A stretch of DNA of 64,000 bases from Candidatus Dadabacteria bacterium (GCA_022822065.1 JAJECI010000007.1:10488-74487), one strand, 5' to 3'; shown: positions 48,751 through 63,524, numbered from the stretch's first letter. Notes: generated by a model not told the origin, from the letters alone. Translations and numbers: made by a program.

Positions 48751-49746
48751 ATGAAAGCTGTTATCTATCACGAATTCGGAGAAACCGATGTTCTTAAATA
48801 CGAAGAGGTAAGCAGACCGGAACTTGGACCTGGAGAAGTCCTGATAGAGGTAAAATCCTCCTCTATAAACTTCATCGATCTCAGGCTCAGAAGCGGGAAA
48901 TCGCCCCGTCCAGTGCCCCTGCCGCACGTGGGGGGAGTGGACGTGGCAGGAATTGTCTGCGAGAAAAGCGATGACGTATCTAACGTGGAAACTGGCGACC
49001 GGGTCATGATCATGCCGGCCGTGCGCTCAGAGAGGGGACTTGAAATAGTCGGGGTAAACCTCCACGGAGGATTCGCTGAATACATAAAGATACCTTCATC
49101 TAACGTGGTATCGATTCCCGAAGGACTCTCCTTCGATGACGCCGCGACCCTTCCAACCTGTTACGTCACCGCCTGGTACGGCTTCTGCGAAAGAGCTAAT
49201 ATCACCAAGGGGGAGACGGTGCTCGTGCACGCAGCGGGAAGCGGAACGGGAAGCGCCGCTATCCAAGTCGCCAAGCTCTTCGATTCTTTTGTGATAGCTA
49301 CTGCGGGAAGCGACGAAAAGCTTGAGAAGGCAAAAGAGATCGGGGCCGACATCACCATAAACTACAACTCCTCGGATCTCGGAGAGGAACTCAAGCAGGT
49401 TACCAAGACACATAAGATAAATATGATCTTCGATCCGGTGGGAGCCTCTGTCTGGAAGGAAAATACGCAGTATCTGGCTCCCGGGGGAAAACTTCTGCTG
49501 ATCGGAGTCGCGGGAGGCGGAGCTACGGAAGCAGCCATCGGCCCGCTTATCATGAAAGATCTCTCCGTGCTGGGAGTAACGGTGTTTAACGCCCGGGCGG
49601 AACACTTTGAGAAAGTCGCACAGCTTACCGAGGAAGGTGCCCTGAAACCTTCGATACACAGCAGGTTTCACCTGAGCGAAGCGGCGGCGGCGCAGAAAAT
49701 TCTCGAAGACCGCCAGCAGTTCGGAAAAGTCATTCTGAACCCGTAA
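48751..49746 (+). CDS. MDR-family NAD(P)H:quinone oxidoreductase-like protein
   Basis: INFID, PHVGGVDVAG, AAGSGTG nucleotide loop, FGKVIL; Zn-ligand cysteines absent. Confidence 0.88.
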   Translation: MKAVIYHEFGETDVLKYEEVSRPELGPGEVLIEVKSSSINFIDLRLRSGKSPRPVPLPHVGGVDVAGIVCEKSDDVSNVETGDRVMIMPAVRSERGLEIVGVNLHGGFAEYIKIPSSNVVSIPEGLSFDDAATLPTCYVTAWYGFCERANITKGETVLVHAAGSGTGSAAIQVAKLFDSFVIATAGSDEKLEKAKEIGADITINYNSSDLGEELKQVTKTHKINMIFDPVGASVWKENTQYLAPGGKLLLIGVAGGGATEAAIGPLIMKDLSVLGVTVFNARAEHFEKVAQLTEEGALKPSIHSRFHLSEAAAAQKILEDRQQFGKVILNP

Positions 49747-49766
49747 GGAAAAGCCTGATTTTCAAG

Positions 49767-50621
49767 GTGAGTATCAAAAATCTGTTCGCGGCACTTCTGC
49801 TCGCCCTAGCCGCCGCGCCGGTTGCGGGCTTGGCAAAGCCGCCCTGCCCAAAAAGCATAATATCGCTCACCTTAGCCTCAGACGAAATCCTGGTTGACAT
49901 AGTCCGTGACAGAAAAAAAATAGCTGCTCTTACCTATTTTTCGACCGACCCGCTGATTTCAAACGTGGTGGAAAAAGCGCGGGGAATTCCCCAGGTCCAG
50001 GCAAACCTCGAACAGGTAATCGCAAAATCCCCGGATCTCGTGATAGTCGCAAGCCACACCAATCCGAACATACGCGCGCACCTTGAGGCAGCAGAAATAA
50101 AGGTACTGGCGCTCCATGAAATCGTCTCGCTTGAGAGCATAAAAAAGAATATAGAACTGGTTGGAGGGGCCGTCTGCGAGGAAGCAGCGGCAAAAAGCCT
50201 CGTAGAAAAAATGGAGAGACAGATTGGGGATGCCAAGGCAAGGATTCCGCCTCACGCGAAAGCCCCGACGGTTCTTTTTTACGGAGCCCCCGGGTTCACG
50301 GTCGGCAAACGCTCAACCATAAACGACATAATAGAGAGTTCCGGAGCCATTAACCTCCCGGCACGCCTAGGGCTAAGCGGATACAGCAACATATCTACCG
50401 AATACGTAATCCAGAACAACCCTGACCTGGTGCTTACAAGTAGTTATAATCCTTCTCACCCGGATTTTGTCGGCCAGATGTTCAAAAATTCCGCGTTCAA
50501 AGACAAAAAGATCATAGTCATCGCGGGAAAACATCTCGACGCCGCGTCTCATTATGCGGCACGGGCCGTAACTGATCTGGTGAACCTGATATTCAGAACA
50601 GAGAACAATGCCGACCGGTAA
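49767..50621 (+). CDS. Cobalamin/Fe-siderophore ABC substrate-binding protein (BtuF-like)
   Basis: Signal peptide, SIISLTLASDEIL, NLEQVIAKSPDLV, STEYVIQNNPD. Confidence 0.85.
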   Translation: MSIKNLFAALLLALAAAPVAGLAKPPCPKSIISLTLASDEILVDIVRDRKKIAALTYFSTDPLISNVVEKARGIPQVQANLEQVIAKSPDLVIVASHTNPNIRAHLEAAEIKVLALHEIVSLESIKKNIELVGGAVCEEAAAKSLVEKMERQIGDAKARIPPHAKAPTVLFYGAPGFTVGKRSTINDIIESSGAINLPARLGLSGYSNISTEYVIQNNPDLVLTSSYNPSHPDFVGQMFKNSAFKDKKIIVIAGKHLDAASHYAARAVTDLVNLIFRTENNADR

Positions 50622-51645
50622 GAAAACGCTCTCCGTATACGCAGTACTTGCCTCCCTGCTCTTGTTGACCGTCGTCGTGTGCGTATCGCTCGGGACGGTG
50701 AGCGTTCCGTTTGACAAGGTAATCAGCGTGATAGCCGGCAAGCTGCTCTGGCTTGATACAGGAGCGGGAATCGAAAAATCACAGGAACTCATCGTCTGGG
50801 ACGTGAGGCTCCCTAGGGTTCTTCTCGCCGCCACCATAGGAGGGGGACTCTCAATTGTGGGAGCGGTAATGCAGGCGATGTTCAGGAACCCCCTGGCCGA
50901 ACCCGGAATACTCGGCTGGTCAAGTGGAGGAGCTTTTTTCGCCGTTCTGGCGATCTACACCGGCATTCATCAGCAGTGGTTTCTCTTGCTCCCGCTTGCG
51001 GCGTTCGCAGGCACCCTTCTCACGGCATACGCGGTCTACGGAATATCACGCTACAGGGGTTTTGTCGAGAATACGACGCTTCTTCTCTGCGGGGTGGCGC
51101 TTGGAACACTCTTCGTTTCTCTCACGACTTTCGTACTTTCGGTATCAAACGCGTGGTCAATGAAGGAAATGCTTTTCTGGATAATGGGCGGAGTCGACTC
51201 ACGCACCTGGACGCATTTCGCAATGGCCGCGGTGCCCGTGCTTGCCGCCTCGGTCATACTGCTTTTCTACGCTAAGAACCTAAACGCAAGGCTCCTCGGC
51301 TACGAGACGGCAAAGACTGTCGGCATTGACATAGAGAAAACAACCAAGCACCTCATAGTTCTGAGTTCCCTCATAGTCGGAGCAAGCGTGGCGGTAAGCG
51401 GCATCGTGGGATTCGTCGGACTTATAATTCCGCACTCAGTAAGACTGCTGATCGGTGTGGATCATCGCCGGCTCCTGCCCGCGAGTTTTATCGCAGGGGC
51501 CATATTTCTGCCCGCAGCGGACCTTATAGCAAGAACCGTCATGAGCCCTCAGGAACTTCGCCTCGGAGTAATCACTTCCTTCATCGGAGTTCCTTTCTTC
51601 GTGTTTCTGCTGAGGAGAAATTTCAGCGGGAGAGGAATCGCGTAG
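50608..51645 (+). CDS. FecCD/BtuC-family ABC permease
   Basis: VRLPRV, FRNPLAEPGILG, GFVGLIIPH, GVPFF. Confidence 0.93.
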   Translation: MPTGKKTLSVYAVLASLLLLTVVVCVSLGTVSVPFDKVISVIAGKLLWLDTGAGIEKSQELIVWDVRLPRVLLAATIGGGLSIVGAVMQAMFRNPLAEPGILGWSSGGAFFAVLAIYTGIHQQWFLLLPLAAFAGTLLTAYAVYGISRYRGFVENTTLLLCGVALGTLFVSLTTFVLSVSNAWSMKEMLFWIMGGVDSRTWTHFAMAAVPVLAASVILLFYAKNLNARLLGYETAKTVGIDIEKTTKHLIVLSSLIVGASVAVSGIVGFVGLIIPHSVRLLIGVDHRRLLPASFIAGAIFLPAADLIARTVMSPQELRLGVITSFIGVPFFVFLLRRNFSGRGIA

Positions 51646-51646
51646 A

Positions 51647-52420
51647 ATGCAGAAAGAAAAACAATCCGTAAAAGTATCGGGTCTGAGTTACAGCGTAAAC
51701 GGAAAGACCATACTCGCCGATGCAAGCTTTGAGATTGAAAGAAACGAATTCTTGGGAATAGTCGGCCCCAACGGCGCGGGGAAATCCACGCTTCTCAGGC
51801 TCCTTACCCGCATACTCAATCCTACCGAAGGCTGTATCCTGCTCGACGGAGAAGACCTCTCCCGATACGAAGCAAAAGAGCTTTACAAAAAAGTATCGTT
51901 TCTCCCCCAGACCTCGTATTTCGATTTTCCCCTCAGCGTACTTGAGGTAGTGCTTACGGGAAGGTATCCGTACTTGGGGATTTTCGAGAGCGAAAGCAAA
52001 GAGGACATAAAGCGCGCCGAGAACTGTCTCTCGCTTGTAGACATGGGAGGGTTTTCTCAAAGAAAAATAACGACGCTTTCAGGGGGCGAGCAGCAGAGAG
52101 TCTCGCTCGCTAGAGTGCTTGCGCAGGAAACGGATTTCATTTTCCTTGACGAACCTTCCTCACACCTTGACATACATCACAAGTTCGCCCTCATCGAACT
52201 GCTGAGATCGCTCGCGCGGAAAGGAAAAGGGATAGCGGCCGTTCTCCATGATCTTGATCTTGCGAGCAGGTTCTGCGACAGGATTCTTGTGCTTGAAGAC
52301 GGGCGGACAACAGCTCTGGGAGAACCGCCGCAGGTGTTTTCCGAAAAACTTCTTTCATCGGTATTCAAGGTAAGAGGTTCATGGGACCCCCAAAGCGGAA
52401 ATCTTCTTGTTTTCCGGTGA
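51647..52420 (+). CDS. ABC ATP-binding protein (FepC/BtuD-like)
   Basis: GPNGAGKST, LSGGEQQR, LDEP, HDL. Confidence 0.93.
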   Translation: MQKEKQSVKVSGLSYSVNGKTILADASFEIERNEFLGIVGPNGAGKSTLLRLLTRILNPTEGCILLDGEDLSRYEAKELYKKVSFLPQTSYFDFPLSVLEVVLTGRYPYLGIFESESKEDIKRAENCLSLVDMGGFSQRKITTLSGGEQQRVSLARVLAQETDFIFLDEPSSHLDIHHKFALIELLRSLARKGKGIAAVLHDLDLASRFCDRILVLEDGRTTALGEPPQVFSEKLLSSVFKVRGSWDPQSGNLLVFR

Positions 52421-52467
52421 ATTCAGAAGGCGTAAAAACCCCTTTTTACATTTTTCAGACCGATAAT

Positions 52468-52497
52468 TTGACAAAAAAATTCGATTAACTATATTCT
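52468..52497 (+). promoter_or_regulatory. Sigma70-like promoter of tRNA-Ile2
   Basis: TTGACA at 52468, followed by TATATT (16-bp spacer) or TATTCT (18-bp spacer). Confidence 0.55.
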
Positions 52498-52514
52498 GTT
52501 GCCTAGTTTTATTA

Positions 52515-52588
<74 letters not shown>

Positions 52589-52716
52589 GAATTGAGAAAT
52601 AAAGGCCATGTGGGTCAATTATAAAGAAAACCGAAGCAACCCCCTCCAAAAGCCCGACAATATTACTTTTTCCTCTAAAAGGCACGTTGAGATCGCTTCG
52701 CCTGAAGTAAGGAATT

Positions 52717-53415
52717 ATGCAAGAACATATTGAAAGCCTGCAGAAGCTTCAGACAGTTGACTTGAGAATCAGAGAGTTAACGGAAGGGCTCACAAGATAT
52801 CCAAACGAAATTAACAACCTCAAAAAAGATCTTCTGGAAAAAGAAGGATCAATAAAGCTAAAGGAAACCAACCTCGCGGAACTCAAGACGCAAAGAGACG
52901 ACCTTGAGTCCTCGCTTCTCTCCAATCAGGAATCCATAAAAAAATCCGAGGAAAGGTTGTTTGCCATAAAAACCCACAAGGAATACGAGGCTCTTCAGAA
53001 GGAAATAACCGATACCAGAAGGGAAAACCTCGAGATAGAGGACCGGACGATCTTGGTAATGACAGAGATTGAAGAAACCGAGTCGGCGCTCGCTGAAGAA
53101 AAGGAAAACTACGCGTCCCTAGAAGGGCAATACGCACAGGAGATCGCAGAAAAAGAAAAAAAGATTGAAGAACTAGAGATTTCCCGTAAACCGGCGGAGA
53201 AGGAAAAAAGTGAAATCCTATCCACTATAGACCCGAAAGTACTTCCGCTTTACGAAAAAATCTTCAAAAGAAACGGCAGGGCGCTTGCGCTTGCCGAAAA
53301 CGAGAAATGCACAAGCTGCAACATGAACATCCCGCCTCAGCTCTACAATGAAGTACTGAAGCGGACAAAGCTGATTCAGTGCCCGAACTGCAAGAAGATT
53401 CTTTACACTAAGTAA
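52717..53415 (+). CDS. Coiled-coil protein with C4 zinc ribbon (DUF164/CdsZ-like)
   Basis: LQTVD start, KEYEALQKEI, CTSCNMNIPPQ...CPNCKKILY. Confidence 0.9.
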   Translation: MQEHIESLQKLQTVDLRIRELTEGLTRYPNEINNLKKDLLEKEGSIKLKETNLAELKTQRDDLESSLLSNQESIKKSEERLFAIKTHKEYEALQKEITDTRRENLEIEDRTILVMTEIEETESALAEEKENYASLEGQYAQEIAEKEKKIEELEISRKPAEKEKSEILSTIDPKVLPLYEKIFKRNGRALALAENEKCTSCNMNIPPQLYNEVLKRTKLIQCPNCKKILYTK

Positions 53416-53443
53416 CCGTTCAAATGGTTACCCGCTTAAGGAC

Positions 53444-53860
53444 ATGCCCCCGGGAAAAACAACCGAAGTCTACATAGACGGAGCGTCAAGGGGAAACCCA
53501 GGAGAATCCGGCATCGGGGTTCTCATGATCCGCCCGGACGGAACAAGAGAGGAAATAAGGGAGTATATCGGGAGGGGAACTAACAACGAGGCGGAATACA
53601 AGGCGCTCATAGCAGCTCTCGGTCATCTCCTTGCGGAAGAAGTTTCAGAAGCAAAGATCCACACTGATTCTCAGCTGGTCGCGAGCCAGATGAACGGACT
53701 CTGGAAAGTAAAGGATCCGAAGCTTAGAATTCTGCACTCAGAAGCCAAAAAACTCGCCTCTTCGCTAGCGGCGCTCGAAATAGAGTACGTCCCCAGAGAA
53801 AATAACGCCGAGGCCGATGCTCTTGCGAACGAAGCAATCGATAGATATTTTAATGACTAG
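53444..53860 (+). CDS. rnhA: Ribonuclease HI family protein
   Basis: YIDGASRGNPG, TNNEAEY, TDSQLV, PRENNAEADALAN; the DEDD set is intact. Confidence 0.92.
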   Translation: MPPGKTTEVYIDGASRGNPGESGIGVLMIRPDGTREEIREYIGRGTNNEAEYKALIAALGHLLAEEVSEAKIHTDSQLVASQMNGLWKVKDPKLRILHSEAKKLASSLAALEIEYVPRENNAEADALANEAIDRYFND

Positions 53861-54224
53861 CGAGTTGGCCGTGCGGTCGCCTGCGGTTTGTCCGCAGGAG
53901 GAAAGTCCGAGCTTCGCAGGGCAGGGCGCTGGTTAATTACCAGGTGTCGCGAGACAACGGAAAGTGCAACAGAAAGTATACCGCCTGAGCGCCACGGGTG
54001 TTCCGGCAAGGGTGAAAAGGTGGTGTAAGAGACCACCGCTCCGAAAGTGATGGAGGAGGCAAGGCAAACCCCGCCCGAAGAAAGACAAATAGGAAAACGC
54101 CCGGATCACGGTCCGGTCAGGGTTGCCCGCCCTGGTTTTCGGGTAGTCGCTTAAGGTATCTTGGTAACAGGTATCTCAGATGGATGACCGTGCTTGACAG
54201 AACTCGGCTTACAGGCTAACTCGC
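53860..54224 (+). ncRNA. rnpB: RNase P RNA, bacterial type A
   Basis: P1 GCGAGTTGGCC/GGCTAACTCGC, GAGGAAAGTCCG, AGTGCAACAGAAA, GGGTGAAA, GGCAAACCCC, ACAGAACTCGGCTTA. Confidence 0.96.
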
Positions 54225-55424
54225 TTCCTTGATCGCGACTCTCAGAAACTCTTTTTTCCCGATCTTGAGTTCAAGGCTGCCTACATCAGGAAAGGAAGAA
54301 TTCGGATCGGTATACTTTTCCCCGTTTATCTCAAGCCCTCCCTGGGATATGAGTCTTTTCGCCTGCCCCTTCGTACCAACGGAGTCGGAGACTTCCAAAA
54401 CAAGATCAACTACCTTGCGCGAGTGGGCAGCATAAGTTTTTTCCTTCGCGTCTTCAGGAAAAAATCTCTTTGAAAACTTGGTTTCAAAATCCCTGGCGGC
54501 TTCAAGGGCACTTTGAGAATCGTGAAGCCAGGAAACAATTTCCAAGGCGAGGGCTTTTTTCGCCTCCATGGGGTGGCGGGCTTTTAGCTTTCGTATCTCC
54601 TTTTCATCTCGGGAGCTTAGAAGGAGGTAGTACCTCCACATAAGATCATCCGAAATCGACATTACCTTTCCGTATATATCCTGGGGCGGTTCATCAAGAC
54701 CTATGTAATTCCCGAGGGATTTCGACATCTTCTTCACCCCGTCCGTTCCCTCAAGTATCGGAAGAAACACTCCCACTTGGGGAGACTGCCCGTAATGTCT
54801 CTGGAAATCGCGGCCAAGCAGGATATTAAAAGTCTGATCCGTGCCGCCAAGCTCAACGTCACAGTGCATCTGCACCGAGTCATACGCCTGCACCAGGGGA
54901 TATATGAACTCCCTAAGTGAAATCGATACCCCCTCTTTGTACCTCTTTGAGAAATCGTCCCGATCCAGTATCCGAGAAACGTTAACCAGAGAAGTAAGCC
55001 CGAGAAGCTCCTCTGAACCGAGGTCGCCGAGCCATCGGGAGTTTGAGAGAACCTGGGTCTTTTTCTCGTCAAGAACCTTGAAAACCTGGCGCTCGTAAGT
55101 CCTTGAGTTCTTGATTATCTCCTCTCTTGAGATTGGCGGGCGGGTTTCGCTTCTCCCCGAGGGATCTCCTATATAGGCAGTGAAATCCCCTATGAGGAAG
55201 AGAATCTCGTGACCCAAGGTCTGAAAATCACGAAGTTTCTTGAGAATTATCCCGTGACCCAGGTGGAGGTCTGCGGAGGTGGGGTCGAACCCTGCCTTTA
55301 CCTTTAGGGGACGGTTGTTCTCTTTTGAAGCCTCAAGCTTCAAAAGAAGCTCCTCTTCGGGAATTATTGCATCAGTTCCCCTTTTTATTACCTCTAACTG
55401 CTCTTTAGGGTCGGCAAAAGCCAC
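54216..55424 (-). CDS. tyrS: Tyrosine--tRNA ligase
   Basis: GFDPT, HLGH, YPLVQAYD, GGTDQ, KMSKS, and an S4-like C-terminus. Confidence 0.97.
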   Translation of the reverse strand: MAFADPKEQLEVIKRGTDAIIPEEELLLKLEASKENNRPLKVKAGFDPTSADLHLGHGIILKKLRDFQTLGHEILFLIGDFTAYIGDPSGRSETRPPISREEIIKNSRTYERQVFKVLDEKKTQVLSNSRWLGDLGSEELLGLTSLVNVSRILDRDDFSKRYKEGVSISLREFIYPLVQAYDSVQMHCDVELGGTDQTFNILLGRDFQRHYGQSPQVGVFLPILEGTDGVKKMSKSLGNYIGLDEPPQDIYGKVMSISDDLMWRYYLLLSSRDEKEIRKLKARHPMEAKKALALEIVSWLHDSQSALEAARDFETKFSKRFFPEDAKEKTYAAHSRKVVDLVLEVSDSVGTKGQAKRLISQGGLEINGEKYTDPNSSFPDVGSLELKIGKKEFLRVAIKEAS

Positions 55425-55457
55425 CTGGAAAATCCTCCTCGTAACGGCAGAGAGTAT

Positions 55458-56942
55458 TTATGGAAGGTTGGTTGATCCCATGAGATACCTGTCGCATTCC
55501 CTCGCGGCCTCTCTTCCCTCGTTTATCGCCCATACCACAAGACTTTGTCCCCTGCGCGAATCCCCCGCGGCGAAAACTCCCTCGACGCTCGTCATGTACT
55601 TCCCGTACTCCGCCATGGCGTTTGAACGCTCGTCGGTACGGATATTCATCTGCTGCAGAAGCTCCTGCTCGGGCCCCAGGAATCCGAGAGCCAAAAGCAC
55701 GAGGTCACATGGCCACCTCTCCTCAGAACCTTCTACTTCCCTAAACGACATCCTTCCGTCATCCCCCCTGTACCACTCAATGCGCACGGTCTCGAGTTCC
55801 GCTACCCTGCCCTCGCCGTCGTCTATGAATCTTTTGGTCAGAACCTGATACCTTCTCGGGTCTTCGCCGAAAACCGCCATGGCCTCCTGCTGACCATAAT
55901 CAAGCCTGTACACCCTCGGCCATTGCGGCCACGGGTTATCCGCGGCCCTCTCGAGCGGAGGCTTCGGAAGTATTTCGAACTGGAGAAGGCTCCTGCATTC
56001 ATGCCTCATGGAGGTCGCAACGCAGTCGGTCCCGGTGTCTCCACCCCCGAGAATGATCACATTCTTATCCGTAGCGGAAATGTAGCGGCCGTCGTCGAGC
56101 CCGCTGTCAAGAAGGCTCTTAGTGTTTGCCTTGAGGAACTCCATCGCGAAGTGAATTCCTCCAAGATCTCTCCCCTCAATCGGAAGATCCCTGGGCTTCG
56201 TCGCCCCCGTGCATATCACGACCGCGTCGAAGCTTTCTATAAGTTCGTTTCCGTCAATATCCTTTCCCACTTCCGTGTTGGTGACGAACTCGATTCCCTC
56301 CTCCGCCAGGATATCGACGCGACGGTCAACGATCTTCTTGTCAAGGTGGGGATTTGGAATTCCGTACATGAGCAGCCCGCCTATGCGGTCGTCCCTTTCA
56401 AACACGGTGACCAGATGACCTGCCTTGTTAAGCTGCGCAGCACATGAAAGTCCCGCGGGTCCAGAGCCTATGACGGCAACTTTCTTTCCGGTTCTAATCT
56501 CCGGAGGCTCGGGCGTTATCCATCCTTCCTCAAAACCCCTGTCGACGATGGCGCACTCTATGCTCTTTATGGTTACCGCGGGCTCGTTTATGCCCAGAAC
56601 GCACGATCCCTCGCAGGGAGCGGGGCATATCCGGCCCGTGAACTCGGGGAAATTGTTTGTCTTGTGAAGTCTTTCGAGAGCCTCTTTCCAGAGGCCCGAG
56701 TAAATCAGGTCGTTCCACTCGGGTATAAGATTGTTTATGGGACACCCGGCGGTCAGACCGCCGATTATCTGTCCCGTCTGGCAGAAGGGAACCCCGCAGT
56801 CCATGCACCTCGCGCCCTGAGTGGCAAGCTCTTTTTCGGGAAGATGACCATGAAACTCGTCCCAGTCGGCGATTCTGCGGGCAGGATCCCTGTCAGGCCC
56901 GAGCTTCCTTTCGTAATTCATAAAACCTGTGGGGTCACCCAT
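55458..56942 (-). CDS. gltD: Glutamate synthase small subunit
   Basis: [56 protein letters not shown]. Confidence 0.97.
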   Translation of the reverse strand: MGDPTGFMNYERKLGPDRDPARRIADWDEFHGHLPEKELATQGARCMDCGVPFCQTGQIIGGLTAGCPINNLIPEWNDLIYSGLWKEALERLHKTNNFPEFTGRICPAPCEGSCVLGINEPAVTIKSIECAIVDRGFEEGWITPEPPEIRTGKKVAVIGSGPAGLSCAAQLNKAGHLVTVFERDDRIGGLLMYGIPNPHLDKKIVDRRVDILAEEGIEFVTNTEVGKDIDGNELIESFDAVVICTGATKPRDLPIEGRDLGGIHFAMEFLKANTKSLLDSGLDDGRYISATDKNVIILGGGDTGTDCVATSMRHECRSLLQFEILPKPPLERAADNPWPQWPRVYRLDYGQQEAMAVFGEDPRRYQVLTKRFIDDGEGRVAELETVRIEWYRGDDGRMSFREVEGSEERWPCDLVLLALGFLGPEQELLQQMNIRTDERSNAMAEYGKYMTSVEGVFAAGDSRRGQSLVVWAINEGREAARECDRYLMGSTNLP

Positions 56943-56974
56943 TGAAAAACTTCTCCTCCGTCAGAGCCTCCGCG

Positions 56975-61573
<4,599 letters not shown>

Positions 61574-61720
61574 ATAACTGTCCGCCTGTTGTGTTGTTAT
61601 GAAAAAACAACGCGAGAGCTAATGCGGCGTAAGCAACCTCTTCAGACGCCTTCCCGTAATTATAACATAAATCCGGAACTCCGCACACGCTCCGCCCATG
61701 GTTATAATAAGCAAAGAGAG

Positions 61721-62062
61721 ATGCCAGCTAATCCCGAAGAAATCAAAAAGAAAAAAGACCCCGAAAGCGTAATCCTCTCTTTCCAAATGGAGTCAAGCGC
61801 AACCTTATGGAACAGGATATTCGAGGGTTTTCCCTCCGAAATGGTCCTCGTGAGCAGGTTCGAGGGAAAGGACAGAAAGGCCCTCGAGATACTCTACAGG
61901 TTCGCCTCCATGGTCACGGAAAGATACGAAAAGTGCGCCGTAGAGCCCAGAGTCTACGGAATAGTCATAAAAAAAGACGTAAGCGACGAGACCGAGGAGA
62001 CTATAAACGAATGGATGGACCTGATGCGCAGGCTTCGCCGCGAAATAATCGAGGTCCTCTAA
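61721..62062 (+). CDS. Hypothetical protein (113 aa)
   Basis: ATG 61721 follows AGAGAG and a TGGTTATAAT element; host-like codon use; fills the gap between gltB and birA. Confidence 0.65.
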   Translation: MPANPEEIKKKKDPESVILSFQMESSATLWNRIFEGFPSEMVLVSRFEGKDRKALEILYRFASMVTERYEKCAVEPRVYGIVIKKDVSDETEETINEWMDLMRRLRREIIEVL

Positions 62063-62844
62063 AAGACCGTATCTCCGGTAACCACCTTGCGAAGGTCGCT
62101 CTCATCCGTTCTCAGATAAAGAAATCCGTTCGCATCGACGCGCTCAACCACCCCGCTGACAATCTCTCCCGAGACATCTACGGATATCTCTTTTCCAATA
62201 AACCCCCACCTCTCGATCCACATATCCACGATCACCTGCGTCCCGCGGCGGCGAAACTCCCCGTAGAGCCGGTCAAGGGCGTTAATAACCTCCGCGCAGA
62301 ACCTCTCCCTGTTAACTTCCTCTCCAAGCAGTATAGAAAGAGAGGTGGTTTTCTCTGAAATATCCTCCATTTCGCGGCGGATGAATTCCTCGGACAAATT
62401 GAGATTAACCCCGATGCCGATCACCAGATAATCGACAGCGCCGCCCGAGGTGCCAAGTTCCGTAAGGACCCCCGAGACTTTCTTCCCGCCGACGAGAATA
62501 TCGTTCGGCCATTTTATCTCGGCGTCTACGCCGTAGACTGAGAAAACCTCGACAAGGGCGCAGGACGCGAGAAAGGTAAAAACGGAAGATTTCTGCGGGG
62601 GGATCTCCGGGCGAAACAAAGCGGAGAGATAAAGATTAACGCCCCTAGGAGACACCCACTTTCGCCCGAGCCGTCCCCTGCCCACGGTCTGCGAATCGGA
62701 AACCACAACAGTCCCGTCCGCGGCCAGATCATCGCCTAGGAGTTCACGGAGAACATCGTTTGTAGAACCCACTTCGTCGTAGACAAAAAGCTTCTCTCCG
62801 ACTATCTCTGCGCTGAGACGTTTTTTTATTTCTGAGATTTCCAT
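62059..62844 (-). CDS. birA: Biotin--protein ligase (no HTH, group I)
   Basis: STN, QTVGRGRLGRKW, KWPND, KVSGVL, GIGVN. Confidence 0.95.
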   Translation of the reverse strand: MEISEIKKRLSAEIVGEKLFVYDEVGSTNDVLRELLGDDLAADGTVVVSDSQTVGRGRLGRKWVSPRGVNLYLSALFRPEIPPQKSSVFTFLASCALVEVFSVYGVDAEIKWPNDILVGGKKVSGVLTELGTSGGAVDYLVIGIGVNLNLSEEFIRREMEDISEKTTSLSILLGEEVNRERFCAEVINALDRLYGEFRRRGTQVIVDMWIERWGFIGKEISVDVSGEIVSGVVERVDANGFLYLRTDESDLRKVVTGDTVF

Positions 62845-62918
62845 GAAGACACAGCGCCCCTTTTCCCGCAATATTCAAGTATTATAGTCGGAACCAAGAC
62901 TCAAGAGAAAAATCCCCT

Positions 62919-63524
62919 GTGAAACAGATTCTTTCGAAAAACCTTGCGATACCGCTTGTCGCCTACGTAACAGTTATAGCGGCGATAATTATATCAAGAA
63001 CCGCAATCAGCCACGAGTACGCCCTCTTGCTCTCGGCGGGCTTCATGCTCTGGATTCCGTTTCTATTTGACCGCGGCGCAGCGGATGTTTTGAGGTTCGA
63101 CCCGCGGGGGCTGGTTCGGGGAGCGGTAATTTCTATTGCGCTGCTTTTTTTGTACCTTGCCTGCCTCTATCTCTTTTCGGCTTACTTGGGAAAGACGGTT
63201 AAATTTGTTGAGCCGACGGCGCTTTTGGTACTCACACACCTTGTGGCCATCGCGTTTCCCGAGGAGTTTTTCTTCAGGGGATACCTTCAGAGAACTCTCG
63301 GCGGCGGATGGGGCGCGATTGTCGCGGCAAGTGCGCTTTTCGCCTCGGCCCACCTTCTCGTGATCTGCGTATTCTCCGGCGGGGGCTACTGCGCGCAAAA
63401 CGCCCTCACCTTTTTCCCTTCGCTCGTCATGGGGTATCTATACATGAGAACCGGAAACATATGGTCAAGCGTCTTTTTTCACTTCGCCGCAAACATCGTT
63501 TACCTGTCTTTTAGACTCGTTTAG
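62919..63524 (+). CDS. CPBP-family intramembrane glutamic endopeptidase, myxosortase-like
   Basis: PEEFFFRGYLQ, FASAH, TFFPSLVMGYL, FHFAAN. Confidence 0.88.
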   Translation: MKQILSKNLAIPLVAYVTVIAAIIISRTAISHEYALLLSAGFMLWIPFLFDRGAADVLRFDPRGLVRGAVISIALLFLYLACLYLFSAYLGKTVKFVEPTALLVLTHLVAIAFPEEFFFRGYLQRTLGGGWGAIVAASALFASAHLLVICVFSGGGYCAQNALTFFPSLVMGYLYMRTGNIWSSVFFHFAANIVYLSFRLV

